A program made the translations under genes and the position numbers. Below, piece by piece: positions 39,131 through 53,940 of a stretch of 64,000 nt of DNA (positions are counted from its first letter, which is position 1; the number at the start of each line of letters is the position of its first letter). This stretch comes from Eledone cirrhosa. Lineage: Eukaryota. The stretch spans positions 298,344,001 through 298,408,000 of the forward strand of contig OZ024743.1 of assembly GCA_964016885.1 (NCBI GenBank), written 5' to 3'. Below the pieces are notes generated by a model. The model had not been told where the DNA came from. It searched no databases and saw only the letters and a list, made by a program, of their open reading frames with translations.

Positions 39131-39625
39131 TTGTTCTCAATTACATAGAAAGATGCTAGTAAAATCCACCAGTTTGTACAGTGGAATTATATAGTACATG
39201 CTGTAAGTGAAAGTTGCTTATTATTTACAAGGGCGGTGGATTGGCAGTATCGGTAGAGCGTCGGACGTTCTCAGTTCAAATCCCGCTGAGGTTAGCTTTG
39301 CCTTTCATCCTTATGGGGTCGATAAAATCAAGTGCCAATAACGCCCTGGAATCGATTTAATCGACTTTCCCCTTCCCCCATAGTTGTGGGCCTTGTGCCT
39401 AAATCGGAAAACATTGTTTACAATAAAAAAGTATCACGTTTATCCAACAATCTGCATCTTATGTTGGTTGTAAATAGTACGGTTTTGAACATTACACGGT
39501 CAGAAAATTCTGTTCATATGTAACGCAATCATCTCATGTAAGGGGGATAACCCTGAGTCATACAATTATTCTTTTCTTGAGTTTCCTCAACCTTCAGAGA
39601 ACCTGACATTAAGCTTCCTCTAAAA

Positions 39626-40147
39626 CAGAGGTTCTCAAACTTTTGAGGCCACAGCCCCTTCACGGCCACGTAATACTCAGCCCCCAACCCTATTTCCAGA
39701 GAGACCTGCCTACACGCAAATTGTAAATAATATATAATAAATAAATTCGTTAATTTATATAGAATAAATAATATAATTGTTTCTACTTTAGGCACAAGGC
39801 CAGCAATTACCCAGTGCTGGTACTTTATTTTATCGACCCTGTAAGGATGAAAGGCAAAGTCAACCTCGGCGGGATTTGAACTCAGATCGTAAAGGGACGT
39901 AACTATGCTGGAAAGCATGGCGTCCTACCCTCTACTGATACTGCCAATCCACAGCAATAAATAATATAATATATACTATGTATAAATAAATATATATTTT
40001 TTATTTTACTATATTTATATATATGTATCATTTGATATTTATTGTACTATTATATTATCTCTTCCGCCCACGCTGCCCCTTAGGCCCCAGAGCCCCCTGG
40101 ACCTTCTCAACGACCCGGGGCGGTAGCGCCCATTTTGAGAACTTCTG
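39626..40147. mobile_element. hAT (Charlie-like) MITE with a nested SINE
   Basis: TIR cagaggttctcaaa / tttgagaacttctg; perfect 8-bp TSD ctctaaaa (39618-25, 40148-55). Confidence 0.88.
39778..39955 (-). mobile_element. Meta-like SINE with a 15-bp TSD inside the hAT MITE
   Basis: aataaataatataat at 39763-77 and 39956-70. Confidence 0.85.
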
Positions 40148-40720
40148 CTCTAAAATATCAATCATGGGAATGGGAGTAGTTTTGTTCTGGCTGTAAAATC
40201 TCTCTCGAAGGCTCTGCTTTTGTGTTGTGTGGAGTGTGTATGTGTGTCAGTGTGTGTGCGTGCGCATGGTGTGTAAAATGATGATATATATATATATATT
40301 ATATATATTATATATATATATATATATACATGCATTTATATTTACTTGTTTAGTCAGAGAAGAAAGAGGAATATCCATGATCCTTTTAAAGACCTTCTAG
40401 TGAGAATGTTTTAGTACTTCATTTACGTAGAATTTTGAAGTTTGTGAAAATCGGCAAAATATTGATCTCAAATATCAGCTGACCACACATTTTACCATCG
40501 ATTTTTGTTTGTCACATATTTCTTTGTTTATATACCAGTATATACTGTAAATCATCTTACACAACTTGCACTGCAAACTTCTGTATCATGATATTTTAGT
40601 TGGGTACAGTCGGAAATTCTGTTTCAAATTCAATGCTTCTCTTCATGGTCAGGGTTTTGATATTTTGTCAAGTACTTTGTGTAATGAACCCACTGTATAT
40701 TTTTGATTCTGATTCAAACT

Positions 40721-40908
40721 TACCGTATATACTCGAATATAAGTCGACCCCCATTTTATGCCTGAGAAATGGCAAAAATCCAAATCCCATTTATAAGCCG
40801 AGCAGTTAACCAACACAGTGTTTAGATGGTGTATATTAGCCGACTTCCCATTTTACCATCAACTTTTTGGTCTCATATTTCTCGACTTATATTCGAGTAT
40901 ATACGGTA
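40721..40908. mobile_element. Tc1/mariner (pogo/Tc2-like) MITE with perfect TIRs
   Basis: taccgtatatactcgaatataagtcga / tcgacttatattcgagtatatacggta, including TA TSDs. Confidence 0.9.
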
Positions 40909-41031
40909 CTTCAACTATGTTGTTAATACTGCTGTTAAATTGTTAACATTAATTCATTTCTTTCAGATATCTCTCTCCCGCTTTACGATATCCAATTCCT
41001 ATTTCTACTATTGCCTCAATCCGATTTGTAG

Positions 41032-41115
41032 GTTGGACGAGCCCTGCAACCCAGTGTGATTTATGTTGCAGATTGTGAGAAAATGGTCAAAAAGAAGGTA
41101 TCCAAATCAGACCCT
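41032..41115 (+). CDS. IQCA1: IQCA1 exon 12 (VGRALQPSVIYVADCEK...), Walker B region
   Basis: ttgtag/gttagt boundaries, 84 nt; an alternative in-frame donor (aag|gtatcc) is possible after 41097. Confidence 0.9.
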
Positions 41116-41799
41116 GTTAGTATAGCACTTTGTTAGTGTTTTTTGTTTCCTTTCAAAATTGTATAGCTCAGTTTCAAGTTACCTCCCTTGTTTCTCTACA
41201 CCAACTACACCATTTCTAGACTAGAAATGAAAACATTTCTATGTCATTTAGTTTGTACCCCTGACATCTTCAACAAATTTTCAACAAATATCCCTCGTAT
41301 TTCTATGCCAGCTACATCATTTCTAGAATAGAAATGAAGGAGTTTCTATGTTATCATTTGATTTGTAGCCCTGACAAATCTCCTTCAACAAGGCTCCTAC
41401 CACTTTTAAGATAAGGAACACGTTTTAAGTTTGTCTTAAGTATGAAGATAGCAATCCAACAACAAGATGGGATGATCATTACTAAAATTGTTTCAATTGA
41501 TCAGAAACTTCTGTTCCAAATTTGACCAGGTATGTTTCAGAAGAACTAAGCTTCATCAAAGGTATTTCACAACAATTACAGCATTTTCTGTTTTGTATTT
41601 ACTGTTTATTTTGCATGGTGACTTTTCTGGTGGAGAATTGGCAGAGTTGTTAGAACAGAGGTATTTGTATTGTCTCTTCATGCTCTGAGTTCAAATCCCA
41701 CTGAGATCAACTTAGCTTTTCATCAATTTTGGGACAATAAAAAAATAACAATCCAGAATGGAGTGTTACCACAACTACCACCACAATGGTAGTTGTGGT

Positions 41800-44330
41800 A
41801 ACAAAGGGCCTTAAAGTAAACCTTACTAAAGTTTTAGTAAGTAGGAAAAAACCGTCAGGGAAATAACCATGCTCAAAATGTAGAAAAGATATAGACAGGG
41901 ACTTCAATAGATGCTTAAGAGTTGTAGTGAGTTCATGGGAAGGCTGACAGAGAAGGTAGTTAAAATACATTCGTTCAAATGCTCAGCAAGCCCATTAGAA
42001 GTAGCTAATAGCTTTTATTATCTAGGTGACCCCATTAGTAGAGGGGGTGGATTTATGAAAAGCATTTTAGTCAGAGTGAAAACAGGATGGAAGTTTAGGG
42101 AGCTGTTACCAATGCTGGCAACAAAAGACTCCTCTCTCAGAGTGAAGGGCAGATTATATGATACTTCTGTTTGAACTGCTATGCTACATAGTAATGAGAT
42201 ATGAACCATAAGTACAAAGGATTTGCAAAGATTGGAAGAAATGAGGTGAGCATGTTCCACTGGATATGTAATGTTAGTGTGCATGAACAACAACGTACAA
42301 GTGACCTGCAAGAAAAGCTAAGTATTAGAGGAATTGGGTTTTGTTTGCAAGGGAGGCAATTGTACTGGCAGGGAGAGGTGATACATAAGGAGAATGAGAG
42401 TTGTATAAAAAGGTGCTGAGCATTTGAATTAGACAGAACCTGTGAAAGATGGAGACCAAGGAAGGCATGGAACAAAGTCATGAAGAATGAACCTCACAAG
42501 GGAGATGAAACAAGATCAAGTTGACTGGTGACTTGCTGTGTAAGAAAAGATCTGTTCATCAGTACAAGCACTGCAATGCTAAAAGTAAATGTGATGAGAG
42601 ATCTGAGACCACATGAAGTGGAGAGAGACCTTTTGATCTGCAGTAGATGAGACAACCTCTAGTGTTGCTATCACAATAGAACATACATACCCAGTAACAC
42701 TTGTAAAGTGGTGGATAAACAAACTAAGACAATGCAATGTAGATAACTCCTCTAGTGTTGGTGCCTGATAAAATTCACTCAGTACACCCTGTAAAATTGG
42801 TGATCAAAATGGAGGCAATGTAGGGTATAGACTTTTCATTCTTACCAAACACAATAAAAGGCAACCAGTACACTCTGTAAAGTGGTAGTGCTGGTGCCAT
42901 TATAAAATGCACTCAGTAAACTCAATAAAGTGGCTGGTGTTAGAAAGGGCTTCCAGCCATAGAAACCATGCCAAAATATGGAATGTAGGAGCCTGCATAC
43001 CAGCATGGAAATCAGATGTTAAATGACAATGATAATGATAACATCAGTGATAAAACTCCAGCTCTCCACAAAATTTATTTTCGGTGAGGTAACTACAAGA
43101 GAAGTTCTTACCCCAAAATAAGCCACTATACCTAGCTTTCATTAATCTAGAAAAGGCCTTTGACAGAGTACCTCAATCTATTATCTGGTGGTTCTTAAAG
43201 ACATTAGGTGTAAAAGAATGGTTGGTGAGAGCAGTGAAAGCCATGTACAGAGGAGCTGTCAGCAAAGTGAGAGAAGGAAATGAGTTTAGTGAGGAACTCA
43301 AGGTGCAAGTAGGAGTTCAACAAGGTTCAGTTCTTAGCCCACTACTATTCATTATAGTCCTTCAGGCTATAACAAATGAGTTTAAGAATGGCTGCCCATG
43401 GGAACTTCTCTATCAGATGATCTGATCCATTAAAGACCTAAAAAATAAGTTTTGCCTATAGAAACAGAATTTAGAATCAAAAGGCCTGAGAGTAAACTTA
43501 GCCAAGTAGGAGAGAAGATAGGACCCTGATTCCTTCAGGAAAGTGGCGCTGCTCAATATGTAGAAAAGGAGTAGGTATAAACTATACATGATGTACACAA
43601 TGTAAATCTTGAGTACTCAAGAGATGTAGTGGGATAACAAGTAGGCCAACAGGAAGGGAAGACTTTGTTTGTAGAAGATGCACAGGGGAAGATAACCAGT
43701 GATGTAAGCCTATTCCAGTCACAGGAAGGACCCATAGATGTGGTTGATAGCTTCAGCTATCTAGGCAATGTAATTAGCAATGGAGGAGTGTGCTCTGAGA
43801 GCATAATAGCTAGAATAAGGAAAAAGTTCAGAGAGCTACTCCCACTGTTGATCAAAAAAGGTTTCTCCCTACGTACAAAAAGACGACTGTATGATACTTG
43901 TGTGCGATGCTGCATGATAGTGAAACATGGGCTGTGACTGTGGAGGACGTGAGTAGACTCGAGAGAAATGAAGCAACCATGCTCTGTTGGATGTGTAATG
44001 TAAGTGTGAGAGAGAGGCAGAGCTTGAACAAGTTGAAGGAGAAGCTGGGTTTAAAGAGAAATCTGAGGTGATGTGCAGAAGAGCACACTGCATTGGTTTG
44101 GATATGTGATGCAAATGGACAATGGTTGTTAAGTGAAGAAGTGCTAGGAAATGCCAGTGGAAGGGAGTCATGGAAGAGGTAGACCAAGAAAGGCCTGGGC
44201 AGAGGTTGTGGGAGCTGACCTGGATCACTGAGACACACAGGCAATGAATAAGGATTATGATGTGTGGAGAGCTGATGTGCTGAGAAGCACTTGTCCAATC
44301 CATGCAAGCATGGAAAAGCGGATGTAAAAA
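41800..44330 (+). mobile_element. Two older degenerate RTE fragments (about 41800-42560 and 43090-44330) plus RTE-tail repeats
   Basis: ORFs 41911-42174, 42201-42419, 43222-43425 and 43665-43937. Confidence 0.85.
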
Positions 44331-47300
44331 TGGAACCATTTACATTATTTTTTCACAAATTATTATAAGTTTGGTATACTGCAAGTTCAATGTAAATGGC
44401 TGCTGCTTTTTAAAATGTGTCTCATAACTTAATTAAGTAAGCATTCATCTTAAAATGTTTTAGTAAAATATAAGGACCATTTAGTTATGTCAAGGAAATG
44501 ACAGCCTCCCTAGTGCTGGTGATCTTCACAATAAAAGCACCCAGTACATACCATAAAGTAGTTGGTGTTAGGAAGGGCATCTAGCCATAGAAATCTTGCC
44601 AAACAAAGGGTTGGAAGAACCCTTTAGTTGTGTCATGGGCATAAAAACCTCCCTAGTGCTGGTGATATAACACAATAAAAGCACCCAGTAAATATTGAAA
44701 ACTGTTTGGTGTGAGGAAGGGCATCCAGCCGTAGAAAGCTTGCCAAACAAGGGGTTGTGAGGACCCTTCAGTTGTGTCAAAGACATGACAACTTCTCTAC
44801 ACTTGATATGACTGTATGTAGGTGGGATATAGACCCCTCGGCCTGTCTGGGAGGTCTGTAACCCTGCTTCAGTACTGACTTGGTCTAGATAGACCTGTCC
44901 AACCCTTGCTAGCAGGGAAAGTACACATTAAATGATTATGATGACAATGATGAGGATAACTATAAAAAGTGTCTTTTGTTCTTCTATAATATTACATTGA
45001 GTTTTCAATCAAGTCCATTTTTTGTCTTTGTTTCCTACATTCTGCATGCCACTCTAAATTACAAGCAACATTTGTAGAATTTGGCTGACAAAAAAAAACA
45101 AACAAAAAAAACTGTTGCTTTTGCTTGTTTTTGTGTTTTTAGTTTTGACTTAATCAGCATTATGGAAATATTTTCCAATGACCTCATTACAGAATCCCTG
45201 TATCAAATGAAATTGATGAGACGCTTGCAAGTCTCAATGGATTTTAACTTTGTAGCTTTTCTAATAATTCTTTGACAACAGAAAAATTCTAACATTCTTT
45301 TACCAAAAGTTGTCCAGCTCAGTAGCTTTTATGAAAACATTTGAAAAAAAAAAAATATTTTTTGTGAAAGTATTCTTATTTTTAAAATTATTATTCTTAT
45401 TTTTGTTTGTTTTAGGCACACTTTTTAAAAATATTTAATCAAATACATTATGGGACTTATACTGACATTATTATGAAGGTTATGTTTATTATAATAGACA
45501 TACATTACTGCTGTGGCACTGTGGCTATTATATAATTATACAATTGGTCAATCTCCAGACTTGATTGAAATTCATCTCAAGCAATGGAATCAAATCAAAT
45601 CCTCATGTACTTTCCTTCTTCACATCCATAAATAAAACATGTAAGATTGTGATTGAATGCTTCCCTCCCATCTGCAAAAAATTAAAAATAATGAAGCACT
45701 GCCATTAGACTAGCTTGGTATAGAAATTATTAATTTTTGTAAGCTGACATAGGATGAAACATAGAATTCAGGTATATATTGAAACTAAGTATGGATGAAG
45801 ATATAAGAGATATGTAAGAAATAGAATATAAATTGAGTAACTACTGAGAATAGAAACTATATCTTTTAGTGTTTATATGCATGTGTGTTTGGAGTATATC
45901 ATGTCGTGATAGTAAATTCTTGGTAAAAAATTTTGCTTTGCTTTTAAGAATTATTTTCACTTATGTTTAATGTTTAATTTGTATTTTAGCATTCTTGCAT
46001 GTTGGTAATAGGAATGAAAACTTAGCAAAATCCTCTTAAATACAGAAATGTTGAGGAGATGAGAATTAGATTCAGTAGACATGATGGAAAGAAGAGAAGC
46101 ACTGTTTAACAAATGTAATTAGAATTTGGATAAATCCTGCCATTTTAGAAGAGCAGATTACACTTAGAACATAGAATTTGTTGGTGGACAAGTAGTTATT
46201 GGTAGACAATGAGGAACTGCTTTAGCCTTCGCAAATTCATATTTATGCTGCATGGTGCACCTTGACACTTTCTTGCAGATCATCTCGGTGAATTCGATGC
46301 CACCATTTGACATTGTGCAGAACTCATCAACAATGTTAGTTTCAAAAGTGCCAGCTGGCAACAGGCAAAGTTCCCCATGATGTTCGTTGGCCTCTGCCCC
46401 CGAACTGCATTGCCGACCTACCCCTGCCCAATCTCCTCCAGTCACACCATCATCAGCAAGGTCTTCAGCAAGATGGCAGAACCTGATGTGGCTCAAGAAC
46501 TGGAATTAGCTCTAGCTGACTGAACCGGTGAAGGTCTCTCTGTTCTCCAGTATACAAATTTCCAATGTAACTAGCATGACATCAAGTGCATGTCTACCAT
46601 CAAGTAGATTGAGTCTTGCTTGGACCAACACCACCTCGCCAGCCTCCATTCCACTTTGCACCCAAACAGTGCCTTCATCATCAACTGATACCCTTCTTGA
46701 TGAGGAATGCAGTCACATTGGAGTGACCTAATGCCTTGGCCTCAGTGTGTGTGAGCCAGACAAATGCTGTTGTGGAGCTGTCACCGGTAAGTTCCGCCTG
46801 CACCCACTATTATGCCACCAGAGTGCAGGCTGGTTTCTCTGACATGTTGCTCTAAATGACTTAATGAGAAGGAGTGTAGATGTAGCCAGCTTCCCATCAC
46901 AACTAGAGCCATCAAGCCTTGACGGTGGAGATGGCAAGTGCCCCAACAAAATTTCCCTCTTCCCATAGCTGAGACATGACATGTTGTTACACATTCTCCA
47001 GCTCCAACCTAATCGCTTTGGCCACAAACCCCAGTACTGTAGCCTGTAATGCAGAGGAGAGGAAGATAAGAAAATACAGGGGCTTGTCTTGCTGCTTCCT
47101 CTTTGCACAGGTTGCCATCAAGATCTCAGGCTTCCTTAGACCCCATACATCTGACCTCTTCTGAGAAACTGGAATGACAGTAGGCTGTCTGAGGAAGGAG
47201 CTCCGTGATGTAGGGTGGCTGTTGCAGCGGATATTGCTGGCCATTGTCCTCGGCAATGCCTTTACCATTTTGTCCACAGGGCACAGCCAAAACATCACTC

Positions 47301-47508
47301 AGAAAAGGAGGGAAAGGGCAAGAATTATTAGGTAACAAACGAAAGAAAAGGAGAGAGGAGAGTGACAGAGTCAACACTCCTTTTCTTTCTTTTGTTACTT
47401 AATAATGCTTGCCCTTTCCCTCCTATTCCTCTCATTTATAGTCTTTTGCAATACTACTTTCTTTTTCTTTATATTTGACTAAATATTAATTAATTTATTA
47501 TTTTTATG

Positions 47509-47662
47509 TACCATAATTCCCGGCGCCGAAGACGCTTCATCCTTGACAACCAAAATGTTGAAAAAAAAATAATAAACAACCTTCAGCCTCCAGGACACAG
47601 GGTAGATTTTTGAGACTTATATTAGGAAAAGAGTAGCGTCTTCGACACTGGGAAATACGGTA
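47509..47662. mobile_element. Tc1/mariner-type MITE
   Basis: taccataattcccggcgccgaagacgc / gcgtcttcgacactgggaaatacggta. Confidence 0.75.
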
Positions 47663-48247
47663 ATTTTATCCTAGAAATAAATTAAGGATTATTGATCATA
47701 TGGATAAAGTATGTTGTTTTGTAAGCTGTCTGGAACATTTCTGTGAGTTGTTGCTGCTGTTTAGCTCTTGGGTAACTTTGATTCATTGATATGCTCCAAC
47801 TTGCAGGTCATATCATGAGAGGCAATGAACCTGCTACAAAACTATTCGGTGATGAACTGAGGCAGCTAATGTTTGATCATGTGAGATGGAAAGGTTTTAT
47901 CATGTCACTACAGAGAATTGGATGAATTTAGTAGTAGTAGTAACTTTGAGCATACCTATGATCAAACTCATTCCAACCATTACCAATGTATATTTTGAGG
48001 GTATCTAAGACTACTTTATCAAATATGGCCTTCCCTTTTTTAAGATGTTAGGTTTTATTAAAAGGGGGTTTTGCTATTTTTATCCAGTCAAGTGACTACA
48101 GAAGCTCCTTTGTTGGTTTGTTCATGTTAGTAAATGTGTGAAGTGTATGAACAATACAGCATTTGATTTAGAGTCTTTGGTTCTATATTATTGAAAAGGG
48201 CTGATGTTTCCATAACTAATGCTTTAACTTTTGTGTATTTCATGTAG

Positions 48248-48425
48248 ACCAATCCAAAACGTTTGGCAAAAGAGCTGCCAAAATTTATCAAGACTATCAA
48301 ACCAGAAGATCGCCTACTGCTAGTTGGAATATCTAATAGCCCATATGAAGGAGATATGAAACCAATGTCCAATCTCTACCAGAAGATTATTCTAATCCCA
48401 AGACCTGACTACACATCTCGTTACT
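48248..48425 (+). CDS. IQCA1: IQCA1 exon 13 (TNPKRLAKELPK...IPRPDYTSRY)
   Basis: atgtag/gtgagc boundaries, phase 0/1. Confidence 0.94.
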
Positions 48426-48471
48426 GTGAGCAAGAAATATATAGCTTTCTTTCCTTCTTTCTTTCTTTCAT

Positions 48472-48507
<36 letters not shown>

Positions 48508-49496
48508 TTTTTCTTTCTTCGCACCCTCATTTACTTCTGCTCTTCTTATTCCTCTCCTCTTACTTTTGCTTATCTTTGGTTTTCCTTCATTTAGGGTTGA
48601 TAAAACAAAGTACCAGCTAAAGATAGTAGATTGGTAGAAATATGAGAACATTGTTTAAGATGTTTTATGTTATTTATTCTTGTGTGGTAAACTTGACTCA
48701 TCAGTTGGTTTGATGCCCTACCCACTCTTGTTCCTTGCATGTCCTTAGCAGAGTCCATTCTGTTGCTAGCATTTGGATCAAGTCTCTAGTTTGATGATAA
48801 GTTCCTCCCTTCCTCTCACAAGTTCCAGAAGCTCTGATGGAATAAAAGCTCTTGTGTGCTGACCTTCTACCCATGACTAAAGTAATAAAAATAAAAAATA
48901 AAGTTTTCTTTCTCTTCACCTCCTTCTTAAACTTCTCCAGAGGCAACCTGGTGCATTCGGTGACTTACCCAGGCTTTGCTGCTCATTAGGACAAAGAGGG
49001 CAAACTGTTGAAATATCGGTCACTTTCCTATAGGATAGTGTGGTCAAACATGTAGCAGTGGAGAATCCTGGTGTTCTTGGTCCCTCTACCACCACCCTAC
49101 TCAAGTCCCACGATTTGGAATGGCTATTTCAACACATCTCCTTCACCATCCTTTGAGGCAATATTTTCTTCATTCTGTCTGCTGGGATAATGAGACGGCC
49201 TGCACATAGGGCTTCCACACACAAGAGAATGCTTCCTCACACAATCTGGACCCGCATCACTGGGGTAATGATCTTAGGGGCTCTTTAGAAGAAAAGTGCC
49301 TTCTCTTCTGCCTAATACTATAAAACATTTTATATATATTCTTCTTACTACGACCCCCACCAATAATGTCAACATCATTAATCTAGTCGTCATAATTATC
49401 ATCATCATCATTGATATCATCACTGTCACCATCCCCACCATCTTAATCATCAACTGTCATCATCATCTACATGCACTTTTCTGCTGTTTTGTTATC

Positions 49497-49529
49497 ACCA
49501 CCACCACCACCACCACCACCACCACCACC

Positions 49530-49586
<57 letters not shown>

Positions 49587-49610
49587 ACAACAACAACGAC
49601 GACGACGACG

Positions 49611-49650
<40 letters not shown>

Positions 49651-49657
49651 AAAAAAA
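49497..49657. repeat. Compound trinucleotide microsatellite (ACC)n(ACA)n(ACG)n
   Basis: Direct reading of the sequence. Confidence 0.95.
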
Positions 49658-49878
49658 GGTTGGCAGTGACTTCAAAGTATTGCTGGTGACTGGCTTCATT
49701 AGTGTGCCAAAGCCAGTCACGATGAGACTTCAAAGTCATTGTCAACCGTTTCATTGTAAAAATAATTTTATACTCTACTTAAATGTATTAAATGTTTTTT
49801 CAGTTAATATTTGATTGTTTTTATGTATGATTGTAAATAAAATGCATACATAACACCATATATATATACATATAGTAT

Positions 49879-49916
<38 letters not shown>

Positions 49917-51469
49917 TGTGCCTCAGCATGGCTTCAGTCCAATGACTAAAACCAGTAAAAGAATTTATGAAGCATCATTAATTCATCATCATCAACATCA
50001 TTATCATTTAACGATGATTTTCCACACTTGCATGGGTTACACGGGTCGTCATGTTATGAAACACGTCGGGCCAGGAGGCCGTAAGACCGCATCTTGCTTA
50101 TACTGACCTGTATTTTGGCTTGGTTTCTACAACTGGATACCCATCCTAATATCATTGAACATACACTTTTCATACTTGCAAGGTTTCTTTTTAGCATCGT
50201 TCTTCTAATTCTCACTGTATCTTTCACTAATATGTTTATCTTTCTTTCTTATGTAAGTTTCAGTATTGTTTGCTCATGGTCATTCTTCGTACCTTATGCA
50301 TTATATTGTATTTCTTATTTTTTTGTTTATATGTGGATTTATGGCACACATCTCACAATTGTTTTTACAAATGTCACTGTCACTGTCTATCTGATAGATT
50401 TTGTTTCTTTCTATGACTTTAATATTGTAGGAATATTTTCTTAAATTTCTTAGTTAATTTACAATTGAATGCGGGATCTACAAACATAACATTAACAAAT
50501 TTTTATCATACTATGTACTGGTCATGGTTGACTCTTTCATCATCATCCTCATTGTCTTTTTAATGCTCGCTTTCCCTGTTAGCAAAGGTTGGATGGGTCT
50601 ATGCAGACCAAGTCAGTATTGAAGTGGGGCTGCTGATCTCCCAGACAGGCCAGGGATCCGTATCTTGCTTCTGTACAGTTTCATGTTCTACTGAGTGCAC
50701 AGGAGAGGTTGTTATGTCTTTGACACAACTGTCTTCCCAACCTTTTATTTGGCAAACTTTCTATGGCTGGATGCCATTCCTAATCTTTCAAAATTTGTTT
50801 CAGTATACAAGACATATTACCATTTGTATCATTTTAAATCTTTTTATGTTGTCTTTATACAAATCTAGACCTATCTAACTATATAACTGGAATTGCTACT
50901 CTTGTGGTTGGTACATTTATGAGGTCTGTCATTAGAATGTTTAATTTGGCAGTTTCTAACACAGCAGTGCCTTTTCTGATCATAGTGTGTTTGCCATGAA
51001 TTTTCTGTTGTATGATAGTGGTATATATAGCAGGTGTGATCTGCTGATAGCTACATTTTGTAACCATAATTCAACATCCAGTACAGGTAATCTCCTATTG
51101 TGGTGTCTATAGAGCTAGTCAATAATGGATTTCATATTAGCATACATGGAATTTGTTATGTGCATGTTCTTCAGCTGCTTGGCTATTAAGTTAGGGAGTC
51201 ATAATAATGGCATGGTTCCTTTCATCAACATATTGAAAGTACAGTGCTATATTAATATTTAGTGGCAGCTAATATTTGTCATATTTGTCAATACCAACAC
51301 ACCATAAATAGTCATTTACCAAACAAGCACAGTACAACTCTGAAATCTTGATAATACCTTTATGAAATGTATACACATCATAATGTTTCTTTCTCTTGCT
51401 CATACAGTTGTAGCCATTTTTCCTTGTAAAAAGAAAGCAATGTTTCCTCCATGAAATTGCTTGCAAGTT

Positions 51470-52640
51470 CTAATTCATGGTTGAAAGCCCTTATTTCACT
51501 TTCATTTTCTAATGCTTTCATGGGTCAGATGAGCTTTGTTGTCTTCCTTTGTCATTTTCTCTGTGAGGTTAAGCATCCTGATATCATCCTGAACTCTTAC
51601 CATCCCTGCCCAGGTTTTGCTAGATCTTATTCTATTGCAGCTTTCTTTCAATAGAATCTCTTCGTTCTTCTCCACCCAATGATCATCATCCATATGTATC
51701 TCACATCCATACCAGCACACTCTTCTCTTTTACACACTGTACCTGAGTCCTCTTATAACTAGCTTTTATCCCCACTCATCAATGCTTTGACATTCATACA
51801 TATTAGTTTCACAGACCCATCAGATCATGCTTACTTCATTTCTTTTTAGCCTTCAAATTCCCTCTGCATTCACTGCCCATGTTCACATGCATGTATCATG
51901 CCTTTCGTTCATGGAGAGAAACCTTTTGTTATCATCAGAGGTATTAGTTTCCTGTCGTTATTATAGCTAGTCTGCTTTCAGATTAACCTCCTACACTACT
52001 AAGTAGGTCTCATAGGTAACTGAAGTTATCAACTACTTCTATGGTACCTTCCTGGAATTGGGAAAGGTTTATTTCTCTGTGGCTCTTACTTACTAACTAC
52101 TCCTATACATTTGCCACATACAAAGTCTACCTTTTCTGTTAGTCTGCTTGCTATCCCACTACATCTCTAATGTACTTATAATTTATATGTACATCATCTC
52201 TAGTTCTTATCTTCTTCTTTTCTGTACATTGATCATAGTCACCTCCCATAGCATTAGCATACAGAAATTCCTAAGGATAGCTAGTTTTAAACTCCTCTGT
52301 TACAGCCAGGAGAACTATAATAAACAGGAATAGGCTCAGGACTGAGTCCTAAAGAACACCTACTTGCACATTGAATTCCTCACTAAAGACATTACCTACT
52401 CTCACTTGACTGTTAGCACAGCTCTCAAAAGCCACTAATCTACACCAAGTTTCCTTAAGGACCACCCGATAACAGATTATGATACTCTACCAAAGGTCTT
52501 CTCCAGATTAACAAAAGCTAGATATAGTGGTTTACATCTAATTTGACTTTTTCCATAATTAGTTGAATTAATAATCTTTCTGTTACTTTCATGCCCCTGT
52601 AGTTTCTCTTTTATAGAGCATTATTCCACTATCTTGTACA
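51470..52640 (-). mobile_element. Old degenerate RTE fragment
   Basis: Scattered RTE peptide remnants (CWYG, QVGVL, DLEKTFGRV). Confidence 0.7.
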
Positions 52641-52973
52641 CTATAAAACAAGTCCATTATTTATCATGTATACTAATGTATCAATTGCATTGATTTCTTC
52701 TGAAATATAGGACTTATCTACTGAACCTACAAAGCCACAATTGAAAATATATGGCATAGTGTAAATGTTGCATGTAAAATGAAGGTGTGATGTATCTACC
52801 AGTGTGACATGTATATGAGTATATATGGTAGTTTTAATTTTTATTTAAAATTATTTTCATTTCACTTTAATATGAAAATGCTCATTGGGTATGTATGCAG
52901 TTTATAGAATCCATTTGCCTTTCCTAATCAGGTAATTTATACCAATAAATGAATTCACTATTTTAACTTTTAG

Positions 52974-53212
52974 TAATCTGGAAGAAGCTTATTCCAGCCT
53001 ATGGTGCTTTTCTAACAAATAACTTTGATTTGACATCCCTTGCCAAAGTTACTGATGGCTTCACTCCAGGAGACTTTGTTGCAATCCTCTCTACAGTTCT
53101 TACTGACAACAGAAGACAATCACTGAACAAAAGACCGTTGCAGGCCATTGAGCTTCTCACACCATTGGCAACTATTGACCCTATCTATAAAGAACAAGAG
53201 ATGGTATTTAAG
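52974..53212 (+). CDS. IQCA1: IQCA1 exon 14 (IWKKLI...LAKVTDGFTPG...DPIYKEQEMVFK)
   Basis: ttttag/gtaaag boundaries, phase 1/0. Confidence 0.94.
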
Positions 53213-53499
53213 GTAAAGTTTACAGTTACATTTCTGTTTTTCCATATCATTATGACTGATGGATTGGCAAGTTGAATTTATAAGGACATGCATTTCAGCA
53301 TTAGTTTCCATCTAAAATGTGTATCTCCCTGGTTGTTGTAAAATACATCTAAAAGGTATTAAAACATTGGATAAAATGCTTTGCAGTATTTGTTCTGGCT
53401 CTTTGCACTCTGGGTTCAAATCTTAACAGGATTAACTTTGCCTTTTATCCTTTCAAGATCAATAAATAAATAAAGTACCTGTTCAGAGGGATCACTATC

Positions 53500-53940
53500 A
53501 TCATCCTTTTTATGTCCATTTTACTGTGCTCACATGGGTTGGATGGGTCCATTTCAGCACAGCATCTCTCTACTCATTGTGTTCCTTCACCATCTCCTCT
53601 CTGAGTCCCAGCAATTTGAGATCAGCTCTCACCACCTCCACTCAGATAATTCTTGGTCTACCTCTATTGCGGCATCCTTCCACTGGGATTTCCTGGCACT
53701 TCTTCACCCAGCAATCATTTTCCATGTGCATCACATGTCCATACTAACAGTTTTCTCTCTTGCACACCATTTCGGATTCCTCTTAAATCCAATTTCTCCC
53801 TCAGTTCATCCAAACTCTGCCTTTCTCTCTCATTTACATTACACATCCAATGTAGCATGGTAGCTTCATTTCTCTCCAGCCTATGCATGTCCTTTGCAGT
53901 CAGTGCCCATGTTTCACTACCATACAACATCGCATTGTTA
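53500..53940 (-). mobile_element. RTE 3' fragment
   Basis: ORF 53715-53954: AMLYGSETWALT...RLERNEATMLHWMC. Confidence 0.85.

Noticed and set aside
49296-49814. Poly-Thr/poly-Gln/poly-Val ORFs
   Set aside because: Trinucleotide microsatellite artefacts.
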